A stretch of DNA of 64,000 bases from Escherichia coli. GTDB lineage: Bacteria > Pseudomonadota > Gammaproteobacteria > Enterobacterales > Enterobacteriaceae. A model generated the notes under the pieces. It saw only the letters and a list, made by a program, of their open reading frames with translations. It was not told the origin of the DNA and searched no databases. Below are positions 33,783 to 44,406 of this stretch, piece by piece; within the stretch, counting starts at the first letter, position 1; the number at the start of each line of letters is the position of its first letter. The stretch lies in NCBI RefSeq assembly GCF_044647545.1, contig NZ_CP172818.1. One strand, written 5' to 3'. Both the position numbers and the translations under genes were made by a program.

Positions 33783-35168
33783 TTACTTGCCTGTGACCGC
33801 GGCTGCCGTTCCTGGCACCATCAGCTCTGTAGCAACGATAACAATCACCAGCCCAACAAGCACCGGTACCGAGGTGCGTTTTACGACTTCAAATGGTGAG
33901 ATTTTCGCCATCCCGGCAACCGCAACGACTACGCCAGAAACGGGTGACAGGGTACGACCGAGGTTTGACGCCTGCAGCATTGGGATAGTCAAATACGCCG
34001 GGTTAATGCCGGAAGAGTGCGCCAGTTTCGGGATCATCTCAACAAACGCATAAAACGGCGCATTGCCTGAACCGGTCGTGACTGCCGCCAGCATTGTCAG
34101 GATCACTAATACCAGCATCAGGATGATACTCGCCGAACCAAACGAGGTGGCGATAGAAATCAGACTTTGAATAAAGCCGATGGTGCTAAGCCCCTGAGCG
34201 AATACCCCAGCGGCAACCAGCAGCATCACCACGTTAGCAAACGCATCGGCCATCCCGCGATAAGCCACTTCCAGACCAGAGAAAACTTTCTGGGTATTAA
34301 AGCTGCGGATGAACTCCAGAATGGAGGCAATCAGCATACAAATCACCAGAATAGTGATGATGTGTAATTGCGGACCCCATTTGCCGTCAAAAATCAGCAC
34401 TCCGATGATCGGCGTGAACGGCAAAATGGCATAAAACGCAGGAGCAGTAGTGGTGATTTCACTGACATCTAACATTTCATGAGAGATATGCTCTTTTTTA
34501 TCCAGATAACGTTGCCAGAAGAAGTGGGCGATCGCCATGCCGATAATTGCAGCAATTGAGATAGGCAGCGTCGTTTTGAAGGCGAAGTCAATCAGCGACA
34601 TTTCGGAAGCCTGCGCCGCCAGCACCACATCCCCTGAAGTCGGTGCGAGAATAATCGCCGCCGGGGAGGCACAAATAGCAGCAGCTGCACCACGGCTGAT
34701 ACCAACGTTTACCATCACCGGAAACAGGGTTGCCATCAGCAAAACACCCAGACCGGTTGCGGAAGAGACGGCCAGAGACATCAGACAGGCGACAAAATAG
34801 GCGGCAATCATCAGCAGGTAAGGGGAGTTAATATACTGCAATGGTTTTGACGCCAGCTTGACCACCATATCATTCGCGCCGATATGGGTCATGTAAGCGG
34901 CAAAGCCACACAGCATCATAATCATCATGCCGAGGTCGCCGCCGCGGCTCATTAGCAATATTTTAACGTATTCAACGATATCCGTGGCGCTGTAGCCTGT
35001 TGAAGCCTGGCTGGACGGTAACACTTTGTGCCCCATAATGGCACTGATAATCAGCAATAACAGGCCACCGACAAATAACACGCCAGTGGCGGAATACCCT
35101 TTAATGATGTAGCGAGCTACACCCACAATAACCATAACCCCAATAAGGAGTTCAATGAATGTCAGCAT
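33783..35168 (-). CDS. dcuC: Anaerobic C4-dicarboxylate transporter
   Basis: 461 aa polytopic membrane protein; intact, no insertion. Confidence 0.93.
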   Translation of the reverse strand: MLTFIELLIGVMVIVGVARYIIKGYSATGVLFVGGLLLLIISAIMGHKVLPSSQASTGYSATDIVEYVKILLMSRGGDLGMMIMMLCGFAAYMTHIGANDMVVKLASKPLQYINSPYLLMIAAYFVACLMSLAVSSATGLGVLLMATLFPVMVNVGISRGAAAAICASPAAIILAPTSGDVVLAAQASEMSLIDFAFKTTLPISIAAIIGMAIAHFFWQRYLDKKEHISHEMLDVSEITTTAPAFYAILPFTPIIGVLIFDGKWGPQLHIITILVICMLIASILEFIRSFNTQKVFSGLEVAYRGMADAFANVVMLLVAAGVFAQGLSTIGFIQSLISIATSFGSASIILMLVLVILTMLAAVTTGSGNAPFYAFVEMIPKLAHSSGINPAYLTIPMLQASNLGRTLSPVSGVVVAVAGMAKISPFEVVKRTSVPVLVGLVIVIVATELMVPGTAAAVTGK

Positions 35169-35756
35169 AATTTTTCCTGTCTCCAGGCCCCAAAGTAAAT
35201 AATAAAAAATTCCTAAAAATTAAGGAAAAAATATGCCCAATAAATTGGCGGTGAATGCTGATTAAAATCAAGAAAAACTGCCATTAAGACATTGAAGTTG
35301 CTGTTTTTATACGTAGATAACAAAACGCATATTTAGCGGTTGGCAAATATCACATAATAATGTGTGTAAATTGATGGTGGATTGATGCAAATTTGTTAAT
35401 TGCAATGGTGTTAGCTGCGGCCATGCGCTCAAAAAATAATCTAATATGAGCATGGGTTGACGATATATATTATATACTTCGTTAAGATGATTGTTGTATC
35501 TCGTTAAAAAATAAAATAATTTTTCCTTGATTGCATTTTGTCATCAAAAAAGACTTGGTTTTTCTTTTTTGACTATTCCCATCGCAGAAAACGACGCATC
35601 ATCTTTAATCGATGCGCGGAAATATTTAACTTAAACAAGCGGAAATAAATAGAGCAGCTATTCAGATTATTTTTTATGTTGGGGCTATTAAGGTTATGTT
35701 AATTGTAGCTTTGCTATGCTAGTAGTAGATTTTTGATAAATGTTTAATGGTCACAA

Positions 35757-36317
35757 ATGAACGTGAGTAAATATGTCGCTATATTTTTCTTTGTTTTTAT
35801 TCAGTTAATCAGTGTTGGTAAAGTTTTTGCTAACGCTGATGAGTGGATGACAACGTTTAGAGAAAATATTGCACAAACCTGGCAACAGCCAGAACATTAT
35901 GATTTATATATTCCTGCCATCACCTGGCATGCGCGTTTTGCCTATGACAAAGAAAAAACCGATCGCTATAACGAGCGACCGTGGGGCGGCGGTTTTGGTC
36001 AGTCGCGTTGGGATGAAAAAGGAAACTGGCATGGCCTGTATGCCATGGCATTTAAGGACTCGTGGAACAAATGGGAACCGATTGCCGGATACGGATGGGA
36101 AAGTACCTGGCGACCGCTGGCGGATGAAAATTTTCATTTAGGCCTGGGATTTACCGCTGGCGTAACGGCGCGCGATAACTGGAATTACATCCCTCTTCCG
36201 GTTCTACTGCCATTGGCCTCTGTGGGGTATGGCCCCGCGACGTTTCAGATGACCTACATTCCGGGTACCTACAACAATGGCAATGTGTACTTTGCCTGGA
36301 TGCGCTTTCAGTTTTGA
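35757..36317 (+). CDS. pagP: Lipid A palmitoyltransferase (outer-membrane beta-barrel)
   Basis: 186 aa; signal peptide [25 protein letters not shown]. Confidence 0.93.
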   Translation: MNVSKYVAIFFFVFIQLISVGKVFANADEWMTTFRENIAQTWQQPEHYDLYIPAITWHARFAYDKEKTDRYNERPWGGGFGQSRWDEKGNWHGLYAMAFKDSWNKWEPIAGYGWESTWRPLADENFHLGLGFTAGVTARDNWNYIPLPVLLPLASVGYGPATFQMTYIPGTYNNGNVYFAWMRFQF

Positions 36318-36491
36318 GACAAATGAAGTTTTAGTAAATTCTTTAAAATCAACCACTAAAATAATTAACATCAAAAATAACGCGACTTTTATCACTTTTT
36401 AGTAAAGTTGCACTGGACAAAGCGTACCACAATTGGTGTACTGGTAACCGACACAGCATTTGTGTCTATTTTTCATGTAAAGGTAATTTTG

Positions 36492-36701
36492 ATGTCTAAG
36501 ATTAAAGGTAACGTTAAGTGGTTTAATGAGTCCAAAGGATTCGGTTTCATTACTCCGGAAGACGGCAGCAAAGACGTGTTCGTACACTTCTCTGCAATCC
36601 AGACTAATGGTTTTAAAACTCTTGCTGAAGGTCAGCGCGTAGAGTTCGAAATCACTAACGGTGCCAAAGGCCCTTCTGCTGCAAACGTAATCGCTCTGTA
36701 A
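36492..36701 (+). CDS. cspE: Cold-shock-domain protein
   Basis: 69 aa from ATG at 36492; RNP1 motif KGFGFI; ORF-track start 36408 is an extension. Confidence 0.95.
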
Positions 36702-36718
36702 GATACGTCAGCAAGAAT

Positions 36719-36750
36719 TCAAAACCCGCTTAATCAGCGGGTTTTTTTTG
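36719..36750. terminator. Bidirectional intrinsic terminator between convergent cspE and crcB
   Basis: aaaacccgct taat cagcgggtttttttt: A-tract, GC stem, T-tract. Confidence 0.8.
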
Positions 36751-36754
36751 GTCT

Positions 36755-37138
36755 TTAGTGTGCGGTTGAGGCGGAAAACAGCCAGAAAGCCAGTGCGGTC
36801 ATGGCAAAAGACCCCAGAAGGTTGACGAAAACGTTCAGTAACGCCCAGCCAAAGCGGCCCTCTTGTAACAAAAACACCACTTCTGCCGAAAATGTTGAGA
36901 AGGTTGTTAGACCGCCACAAAATCCGGTGGTGATTAATACTTTCCACACTGGATCAATGTTCGTCATCCTGCTAAACCAGGCGAATCCCATTCCTATGAT
37001 GAATGCCCCAATCAGGTTTGCAGCCAGCGTCCCCAACGGAATCGCCTGATGCAGCGGGTTAAATCGCATACTTAACAGCCATCTCGCCACGCTTCCCGTA
37101 CCACCGCCTATAAAAACTGCTAAAAGAAGTTGTAACAC
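36755..37138 (-). CDS. crcB: Fluoride channel (CrcB/Fluc family)
   Basis: 127 aa, four hydrophobic helices. Confidence 0.92.
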
Positions 37139-37233
37139 TGCAAAATCCTGCTATTTGATTTGTATGAGTGATAAGTGTAACGCCGAATAATCGCCGTTGG
37201 CGAATTTTACGACTCTGACAGGAGGAGGTGGCA

Positions 37234-38022
37234 ATGCTGGTTGCCGCAGGACAGTTTGCTGTTACATCTGTGTGGGAAAAGAACGCTGAGATTTGTGCCT
37301 CGTTGATGGCGCAGGCGGCGGAAAACGACGTTTCGCTGTTTGTCCTGCCGGAAGCATTGTTGGCGCGTGATGATCATGATGCAGATCTATCGGTTAAATC
37401 AGCACAGCTGCTGGAAGGCGAATTCCTCGGACGTTTACGGCGAGAAAGTAAACGTAACATGATGACGACAATTCTGACGATTCATGTTCCTTCAACGCCG
37501 GGGCGCGCATGGAATATGCTGGTGGCGCTACAGGCAGGAAACATCGTCGCCCGTTATGCCAAACTGCATCTCTATGATGCATTTGCCATTCAGGAATCAC
37601 GCCATGTTGATGCTGGTAATGAAATAGCTCCATTACTGGAGGTGGAAGGGATGAAGGTCGGTCTGATGACCTGTTATGACTTACGCTTTCCAGAGCTGGC
37701 GCTGGCACAGGCATTACAGGGAGCTGAAATCCTGGTACTTCCTGCCGCCTGGGTTCGCGGGCCGCTCAAAGAGCATCACTGGTCAACGTTGCTTGCCGCT
37801 CGTGCGCTGGATACCACCTGTTATATGGTGGCGGCGGGGGAGTGCGGGAACAAAAATATCGGGCAAAGCCGGATTATAGATCCCTTTGGCGTCACCATTG
37901 CGGCAGCGTCAGAAATGCCTTCACTCATTATGGCGGAAGTGACGCCCGAACGTGTGCGTCAGGTGCGCGCGCAACTGCCCGTCTTAAACAACCGTCGCTT
38001 TGCGCCGCCGCAATTATTATGA
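37234..38022 (+). CDS. ybeM: Nitrilase-superfamily C-N hydrolase (Nit1-like amidase); intact reading frame here
   Basis: 262 aa from ATG at 37234 with SD aggagg upstream; Glu (LPE), Lys (AKLHL) and Cys (MTCYD) triad residues all present, no frameshift or stop. Confidence 0.85.
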   Translation: MLVAAGQFAVTSVWEKNAEICASLMAQAAENDVSLFVLPEALLARDDHDADLSVKSAQLLEGEFLGRLRRESKRNMMTTILTIHVPSTPGRAWNMLVALQAGNIVARYAKLHLYDAFAIQESRHVDAGNEIAPLLEVEGMKVGLMTCYDLRFPELALAQALQGAEILVLPAAWVRGPLKEHHWSTLLAARALDTTCYMVAAGECGNKNIGQSRIIDPFGVTIAAASEMPSLIMAEVTPERVRQVRAQLPVLNNRRFAPPQLL

Positions 38023-38150
38023 TGTTTTTTTACTCGGCGCTTGATTCACCTTGTTACAGATTGCTATTGTGTGCGCGCGTCGAATGACCGTTAATATTCT
38101 CTGGTTTTTAAGGCGCGTTCTGTTGCCGGTTATATGTCAAGAAGGTATCT

Positions 38151-38354
38151 ATGGGTGAGATTAGTATTACCAAACTGCTGGTAGTTGCGGCGCTGGTCGT
38201 TCTGCTGTTTGGGACTAAGAAGTTACGTACGCTGGGCGGAGACCTTGGAGCGGCCATTAAAGGGTTCAAGAAGGCGATGAATGATGACGATGCTGCGGCG
38301 AAAAAAGGCGCAGACGTTGATCTTCAGGCTGAAAAGCTCTCTCATAAAGAGTGA
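38151..38354 (+). CDS. tatE: Twin-arginine translocase subunit (TatA/E family)
   Basis: 67 aa; N-terminal TM helix followed by amphipathic helix. Confidence 0.93.
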   Translation: MGEISITKLLVVAALVVLLFGTKKLRTLGGDLGAAIKGFKKAMNDDDAAAKKGADVDLQAEKLSHKE

Positions 38355-38394
38355 CGTGGCGAGCAGGACGCTCCCTCAATATCTTGTTCGATAC

Positions 38395-38426
38395 AAAAAA
38401 CCCGCTTCAAAAAGCGGGTTTTTTAT
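38395..38426. terminator. Bidirectional intrinsic terminator between convergent tatE and lipA
   Basis: aaaaaacccgc ttcaaaaa gcgggtttttt: A-tract, stem, T-tract. Confidence 0.8.
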
Positions 38427-38454
38427 CAGACAGATGTAAGTAATTATTACAGGA

Positions 38455-39420
38455 TTACTTAACTTCCATCCCTTTCGCCTGCAAATCGGCGTGGTAAGAC
38501 GAGCGGACAAACGGACCGCATGCAGCATGGGTAAAGCCCATCGCCAGCGCTTCGGCTTTCATTTCGTCGAACTCATCCGGGCTAACGTAACGTTGAACCG
38601 GCAGGTGATGGCGGCTTGGCTGCAAATATTGCCCCAGCGTTAACATCGTCACACCATGACGGCGCAGGTCGCGCATTACCTCAATAATTTCTTCATTGGT
38701 TTCACCCAGACCCACCATCAGACCAGACTTGGTCGGGATTTCCGGATGCGCTTCTTTAAAGCGTTCCAGCAGCTTCAGCGACCAGTTGTAATCTGCACCA
38801 GGCCGTACCTGACGGTAAATACGCGGTACGTTTTCCAGGTTATGGTTGAACACATCTGGTGGTGTGGCGGTCAGAATATCCAGAGCACGATCCATACGAC
38901 CGCGGAAATCAGGCACCAGAGTTTCAATTTTGATTTGCGGGCTTTTTTCCCGAATGGCAGTAATGCAATCCGCAAAGTGCTGGGCACCGCCATCGCGCAG
39001 GTCATCACGGTCAACGGAGGTGATAACCACATAACGCAGCGCCATATCGGCAATGGTTTGCGCCAGTTTCACTGGTTCATTGGCATCCGGAGCTACCGGG
39101 CGACCGTGGGCAACGTCACAGAACGGACAACGGCGGGTACAAATAGCGCCGAGGATCATAAACGTTGCTGTGCCGTGGTTGAAGCATTCCGCCAGGTTAG
39201 GGCAGGAGGCTTCCTCGCAGACAGAATGCAGGCCATTTTTGCGCATTGCGGCTTTGATGCCCTGGATACGTGTAGAGTCCGCTGGAAGCTTGATTTTCAT
39301 CCATTCCGGCTTGCGCAGCAGGGCTTCGCGCTCTGTTGCCACGTTTTTAACCGGGATAAGGGCCATCTTATCGGCATCGCGGTATTTAACACCGCGTTCC
39401 ATCACAATGGGTTTACTCAT
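38455..39420 (-). CDS. lipA: Lipoyl synthase (radical SAM)
   Basis: 321 aa; radical-SAM CxxxCxxC as CTRRCPFC. Confidence 0.96.
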
Positions 39421-39628
39421 AGCGTGCGTGTTCCAGTTGCGAATTACGAAGGAAAGCGTTTCAATTCAATAGATTGTTGTAATTATCAACTATTTTTGAA
39501 TTAACGACTGGCAGTATATCATTGAAACGGACCTGAAAGCAGCCAAAGCGGTCGCGAAAATGTAAAATTGTTGTTGGATTGTGCCATTTTTTCGTTCTTC
39601 GCTGTGATCTGGCTGTAACAATACTTTT

Positions 39629-40582
39629 TCAAAATGCATTACGGATAACATCTATTACCCCGTGCAGGATGGGATCACGCAGGCTGAATTTGTTGTAGTG
39701 GATAGAGAAATCTATTTGCTCCTCATTTAAGGACGGAAAAGGCAGTTTTTCCAGCGGCCAGCAACGGCTAAACAGGTTATAAAAACGGCTGGGAATAATC
39801 GCTAACATGTCACTGTTGGCAACCAGTGCAGCGATTGTCAAAATGTTGTAGCTGGTGAAACTGATTTGCCGGTCCGGAAACATCTCTTGAACTCTCTGCC
39901 GCAGACCGCTGAAATTTTGCCCTTCCGGTAACAGGAGTATATGCGCAGCGTTGTCGATAGTCTCTCTGTCATCTTCTAAAGAGAGTAGTGGATTTCCCTC
40001 ACGGCAAATTAACACCATATTGTCGGTGAACAGAACATGATGTTGCACCGTACGATTGGTGCAAAACATGTTATCGATGATGAGATCGGTTTGAAACTGA
40101 CTGAGTTGGTTTTCCGCGTCGCTGATGGGGGGGTTGCGCAGTAAAAGCTGCGGATAGTGAGATTTAATCGCCCGATAGATGACAGGAAGGACCAGGGCTC
40201 CGACCGAGGGGGTGGTCGCAATAGTTATCGTTCGTTGCTTATCATAGCTTCCTTCGATATCCAGCGCGCCAAGAATGGACTCAAGGCCCTGACTGATATA
40301 CTCATGTAGATGCATCGCAAATGCGGTAGGAGTGACACCCTGGCCTTTGCGAATAAACAATGGGTCAGGGAATATAACGCGCAGTTTCTGAATAGACTGA
40401 CTGATTGCCGAGGGTGTCAGATTAAGCACTTTCGCTGCATTAACGATCCCTTTATGTACATATACAGCTTCAAAAATAGTCAGAAGGTTAAGATCAATAT
40501 TTCGTAAGGTTGTAAATATTTGTGGTTTACCTTCTGACGACTTTCTGCTTAAACAGGTTTCAATTTGATTATTACTATCCAC
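39629..40582 (-). CDS. ybeF: LysR-family transcriptional regulator
   Basis: 317 aa; N-terminal HTH closely similar to YbdO; AT-rich coding sequence. Confidence 0.87.
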   Translation of the reverse strand: MDSNNQIETCLSRKSSEGKPQIFTTLRNIDLNLLTIFEAVYVHKGIVNAAKVLNLTPSAISQSIQKLRVIFPDPLFIRKGQGVTPTAFAMHLHEYISQGLESILGALDIEGSYDKQRTITIATTPSVGALVLPVIYRAIKSHYPQLLLRNPPISDAENQLSQFQTDLIIDNMFCTNRTVQHHVLFTDNMVLICREGNPLLSLEDDRETIDNAAHILLLPEGQNFSGLRQRVQEMFPDRQISFTSYNILTIAALVANSDMLAIIPSRFYNLFSRCWPLEKLPFPSLNEEQIDFSIHYNKFSLRDPILHGVIDVIRNAF

Positions 40583-40841
40583 GCACTTACTCCAATTTTA
40601 TTCATGGAAAAATAATATTAAAAAAAATTACAATAATCTTATGTCTAATTGGAACGGAACGCTTTTGCTCACCATAATCAACTATTTCAATAAGTTAATC
40701 AATGGGGTGAGTTACGGAGCAAGGCGTAGCATCGCATTTCTGCTAGTGATAAAGAAAATATACAAACGCGAAGGAGATGTAAAGCATTAGCAGGTATTAT
40801 GAGTAATGACCCAGTGTAAATTGGGCCATTGATGTATGCAA

Positions 40842-41483
40842 TTAAGCGGTAATATATTCGAAGTCAGGATTGTTTAGTAGCGCTAAAATATTTTCCAGTA
40901 AACGCGGTGCAATATTATTAGTCGTCGCTTCGGGTTTCCATTGTGATATTTTAGCCATTTCCATTCCGGCATACCCACAAGGATTAATACGTAAAAATGG
41001 TGAAAGATCCATATTGACGTTTAATGCCAGACCGTGGAATGAACAACCGCGTCGAATACGTAAACCCAGTGAGCAAATTTTCTTTTCCCCGACATAGACA
41101 CCAGGCGCGTCAGCCCGAGGATGCGCTTCTATACCCAGTTCAGCCAGGGTATTCACCACTGTTTGCTCAAGCAAGGTTACCAGTTCACGCACACCGAGTT
41201 TACGGCGTTTCAGGTTAAGCAACACATACATCACCTGTTGCCCCGGCCCGTGATAAGTCACCTGCCCACCGCGATCGCTCTTAATCACCGGAATATCACC
41301 CGGCATTAAAATGTGCTCCGCTTTTCCTGCCTGCCCTTGGGTAAATACCGGATAGTGCTCGACCAGCCAGATTTCATCAAGGGTACTTTCATCGCGGGTA
41401 TCGGTGAATTCATGCATAGCCTGGGAGATTGGCTCGTAAGGCTGAAGACCGAGCTGGCGGACAAGAATTTTATCCTGATACAA
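40842..41483 (-). CDS. lipB: Octanoyltransferase (lipoate-protein ligase B)
   Basis: 213 aa. Confidence 0.92.
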   Translation of the reverse strand: MYQDKILVRQLGLQPYEPISQAMHEFTDTRDESTLDEIWLVEHYPVFTQGQAGKAEHILMPGDIPVIKSDRGGQVTYHGPGQQVMYVLLNLKRRKLGVRELVTLLEQTVVNTLAELGIEAHPRADAPGVYVGEKKICSLGLRIRRGCSFHGLALNVNMDLSPFLRINPCGYAGMEMAKISQWKPEATTNNIAPRLLENILALLNNPDFEYITA

Positions 41484-41583
41484 AACGGCATCTCCGTGGA
41501 GAATGAGTAAAAGTGGGGGAAAAGTATATCACAGCGAGGAGAGGGGAGTTACCCGACCAGGAGCCGGGTAACGGAGAAGCGAG

Positions 41584-41847
41584 TTACAGAACCATGCGGA
41601 CAATATCGATTTTGCCCAGTTCTTCATACAGTGTTTCAACCTGCTCGATATGAGTCGCGTTGATAGTGATAGATACCGAGTGGTAGTTGCCTTTGCTGCT
41701 TGGTTTTACCGTTGGGGTGTAGTCACCTGGCGCATGGCGCTGTACCACTTCAACCACCTGATCAACCAGCTCAGGTAACGCCTGCCCCATAACTTTGTAA
41801 GTAAAAGGAGTAGGGAATTCAAGCAGTTCGTTAAGTTTGGTTTTCAT
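41584..41847 (-). CDS. ybeD: UPF0250 family small protein
   Basis: 87 aa; lies between dacA and lipB. Confidence 0.9.
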
Positions 41848-41876
41848 GTCAGCTCCGGCGTAACGTAATTAAATAG

Positions 41877-41908
41877 CAACTCCCGCCAGAAGGCGGGAGT
41901 TTTTTACT
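41877..41908. terminator. Terminator-like hairpin between dacA and ybeD
   Basis: 9-bp stem actcccgcc / ggcgggagt with 4-nt loop, followed on the plus strand by tttttt; both flanking genes are on the minus strand. Confidence 0.55.
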
Positions 41909-41956
41909 GATGCTTAGTATATGGGGACGGAAATTACACTTTCAAGTGTTCGATTT

Positions 41957-43168
41957 TTAACCAAACCAGTGATGGAACATTAATTTAATGTAATCAATGA
42001 TTTTGCCGAAGAAGTTGCCTTCCGGGATTTCTTGCAGCACAACCAGCGGGCGTTGTTCGATCGTTTTGCCATCAAGCTGGAAGTTGATAGTACCGACGAC
42101 CTGATTCTTTTGCAGCGGCGCATGCAATTCACTGCTGTTCAGCACATAGCTGGCTTTCAGATCTTTCATGCGGCCACGCGGAATGGTCAGATACACGTCT
42201 TTATCAACACCTAACGAAGCGCGATCAGAATCACCAAACCAAACCGGTTCAGAGGCGAACTCTTTACCTACTTTCAGTGGGTTAACGGTTTCGAAGAAAC
42301 GGAAGCCCCAGGTTAGCAGTTTTTTACTTTCGGCTTCACGGCCTTTAAAAGTACGTCCGCCCATCACCGCAGAGATCAAGCGCATCTGGCCTTCAGTCGC
42401 AGAAGCAACAAGGTTGTAACCTGCTTTGTCAGTGTGTCCGGTTTTGATGCCGTCGACATTCAGGCTGTTATCCCATAACAGGCCGTTACGGTTCAGCTGG
42501 CGAATACCGTTAAACGTAAATTCTTTTTCTTTATAGATCGAGTATTCATTCGGTACGTCACGGATCAACGCCTGGCCGATCAGCGCCATATCTCGCGCGG
42601 AGCTGTACTGACCATCAGCATCCAGACCATGTACCGTCTGGAAGTGGGTATTTTTCAGGCCCAGGGCGTTAACGTAGCTGTTCATCAAGCCAACAAAAGC
42701 GTCCTGGCTACCAGCGGCAAAATCGGCCATGGCGACACAAGCATCGTTACCCGATTGCAGGTTAATACCGCGGATTAGCTGAGAAACCGGAACCTGCATG
42801 CCCGGTTTGAGGAACATCAGTGAAGAACCTTTAAACACCGGGTTACCGGTGGCCCATGCGTCGTTGCCGATAGTGACTAAATCAGTTTCTTTAAATTTAC
42901 CGGCTTTCATTGCCTGGCCGATAACGTAACTGGTCATCATTTTGGTCAGGCTGGCAGGATCGCGGCGGACATCTGCGTTCTGTTCGGCGAGCACTTTGCC
43001 GGAGTTATAGTCAATCAGGATGTAGGACTCCGCATCGATCTGCGGTACACCCGGGATCATAGTTTTGATATTCAGGTCATCGGCATGTGCAGCAGAGATA
43101 AAGGCTGTGCAAAGAGCCGTGGTGAGCGCCAGGCGCTTCATGATACGAGCGGAAAAAATGGTATTCAT
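41957..43168 (-). CDS. dacA: D-alanyl-D-alanine carboxypeptidase (PBP5)
   Basis: 403 aa; signal peptide; active-site SxxK as SLTK. Confidence 0.96.
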
Positions 43169-43307
43169 GGTCTGAACTACGACATCCGTGATGGAATTAA
43201 AAAAAGTGCCCTACTATAGCAAATGCACTACCGGCAGGCATCTGACTTTCCGCGTGACTTTGTTAACGTCATTTACAGAAATTGACACATCAGATGCCTG
43301 CTTTACG

Positions 43308-44396
43308 CTACTGCGCGGTGGTAATAAATGACTGTAATTGGGCTTCGGTTTGCAAACGTTGCTGCAAGGTACTGGCTTCGGCTTTGCTGGCGAATGGGCC
43401 AAGCTGGATCCGCCAGACCGCGCCATTTTGAGTTACGCGACCGGGGACGCCGAACTTCTGTCCCAGTTGCTGTTGGTACTGTTGCGCACGAGCCTGATCG
43501 CTAACGGCCCCGACTTGCACCATAAAGTTGCCGCTGGCGCTTTGTGAGGCGGCTTGCGGTGTCACCATTGCAGGCGAGGTTGCAGGCGTTGTCGAGGGGG
43601 CTGTAACAACGGGCTGTGGTGCAGGTGTTGGTTCGCTGCCTTCCAGAACACCAGGCGCTAAGGTCGTTGGTGCACCGAGGAAACCGCTGCTGGTTACCGG
43701 CGCGCCGGTCGGATCTTCGCTTTTTAGCGTCGAATTACTGACCGGAAGAATGTCACCCTGCGGGCCAGACACTGAACTTGTTCCCGCGCCGCCGCTTAAA
43801 TCGGGAGGTGCAGGCAGGGCGTAAGTCTGTTTAGCAACTGTGGTACAGGCCATACCAGGACCAGAAAGCGAACCATCCTGGGCGACAATAATCGGATCGA
43901 TACGAACTTTGGTGTTGTTTGACGTGTTAAGACGGTCAGCTGCCGCGCGAGAAAGCGAAATAACGCGGTCGTTGCCGTAAGGACCGCGATCATTAATGCG
44001 CACCACGATCATTCGCCCGTTAGCCAGGTTAGTGATTCTGGCGTAGCTGGGGATCGGAAGCGTTGGATGGGCCGCCGTCAGCTGTGTCGGATCGAAAGCT
44101 TCGCCAGAGGCCGTCAGGTTACTGCCGGGTTCGGCATCATAGATTGCCGCCAGTCCCGCCTGGCTAAATCGAGACGGATCCTGCACGATTTTGTAGCTTT
44201 TACCGTCGCGCTGGTAATCCTGATTTGCCGTCGCGTTCAGTGGTTCGAAACGCGGGTCCGCCCCGCTAATTTCAACTATGGGGCCGTTACATACCGCAGG
44301 CTGCGGTACACTTACCGTCTGTTGCTGACCATCATCGCTTGTACATGCCGCGAGCATTCCTGCCGCGATGCAGATCCCGAGCCACTGCTTACGCAT
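43308..44396 (-). CDS. rlpA: Septal lytic transglycosylase lipoprotein RlpA (DPBB plus SPOR domains)
   Basis: 362 aa; lipobox LAACTS; Pro/Thr-rich linker; C-terminal SPOR-like region. Confidence 0.93.
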   Translation of the reverse strand: MRKQWLGICIAAGMLAACTSDDGQQQTVSVPQPAVCNGPIVEISGADPRFEPLNATANQDYQRDGKSYKIVQDPSRFSQAGLAAIYDAEPGSNLTASGEAFDPTQLTAAHPTLPIPSYARITNLANGRMIVVRINDRGPYGNDRVISLSRAAADRLNTSNNTKVRIDPIIVAQDGSLSGPGMACTTVAKQTYALPAPPDLSGGAGTSSVSGPQGDILPVSNSTLKSEDPTGAPVTSSGFLGAPTTLAPGVLEGSEPTPAPQPVVTAPSTTPATSPAMVTPQAASQSASGNFMVQVGAVSDQARAQQYQQQLGQKFGVPGRVTQNGAVWRIQLGPFASKAEASTLQQRLQTEAQLQSFITTAQ

Positions 44397-44406
44397 TGCG
44401 CACCTC

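Noticed and set aside
37139-37233. Possible fluoride riboswitch upstream of crcB
   Set aside because: The upstream gap is about 95 bp, shared with divergent ybeM, and I could not recognise a conserved structured leader in it; not supported.
38656-39504. 282-aa plus-strand ORF
   Set aside because: Antisense to lipA (radical-SAM cysteine motif is in the minus-strand frame).
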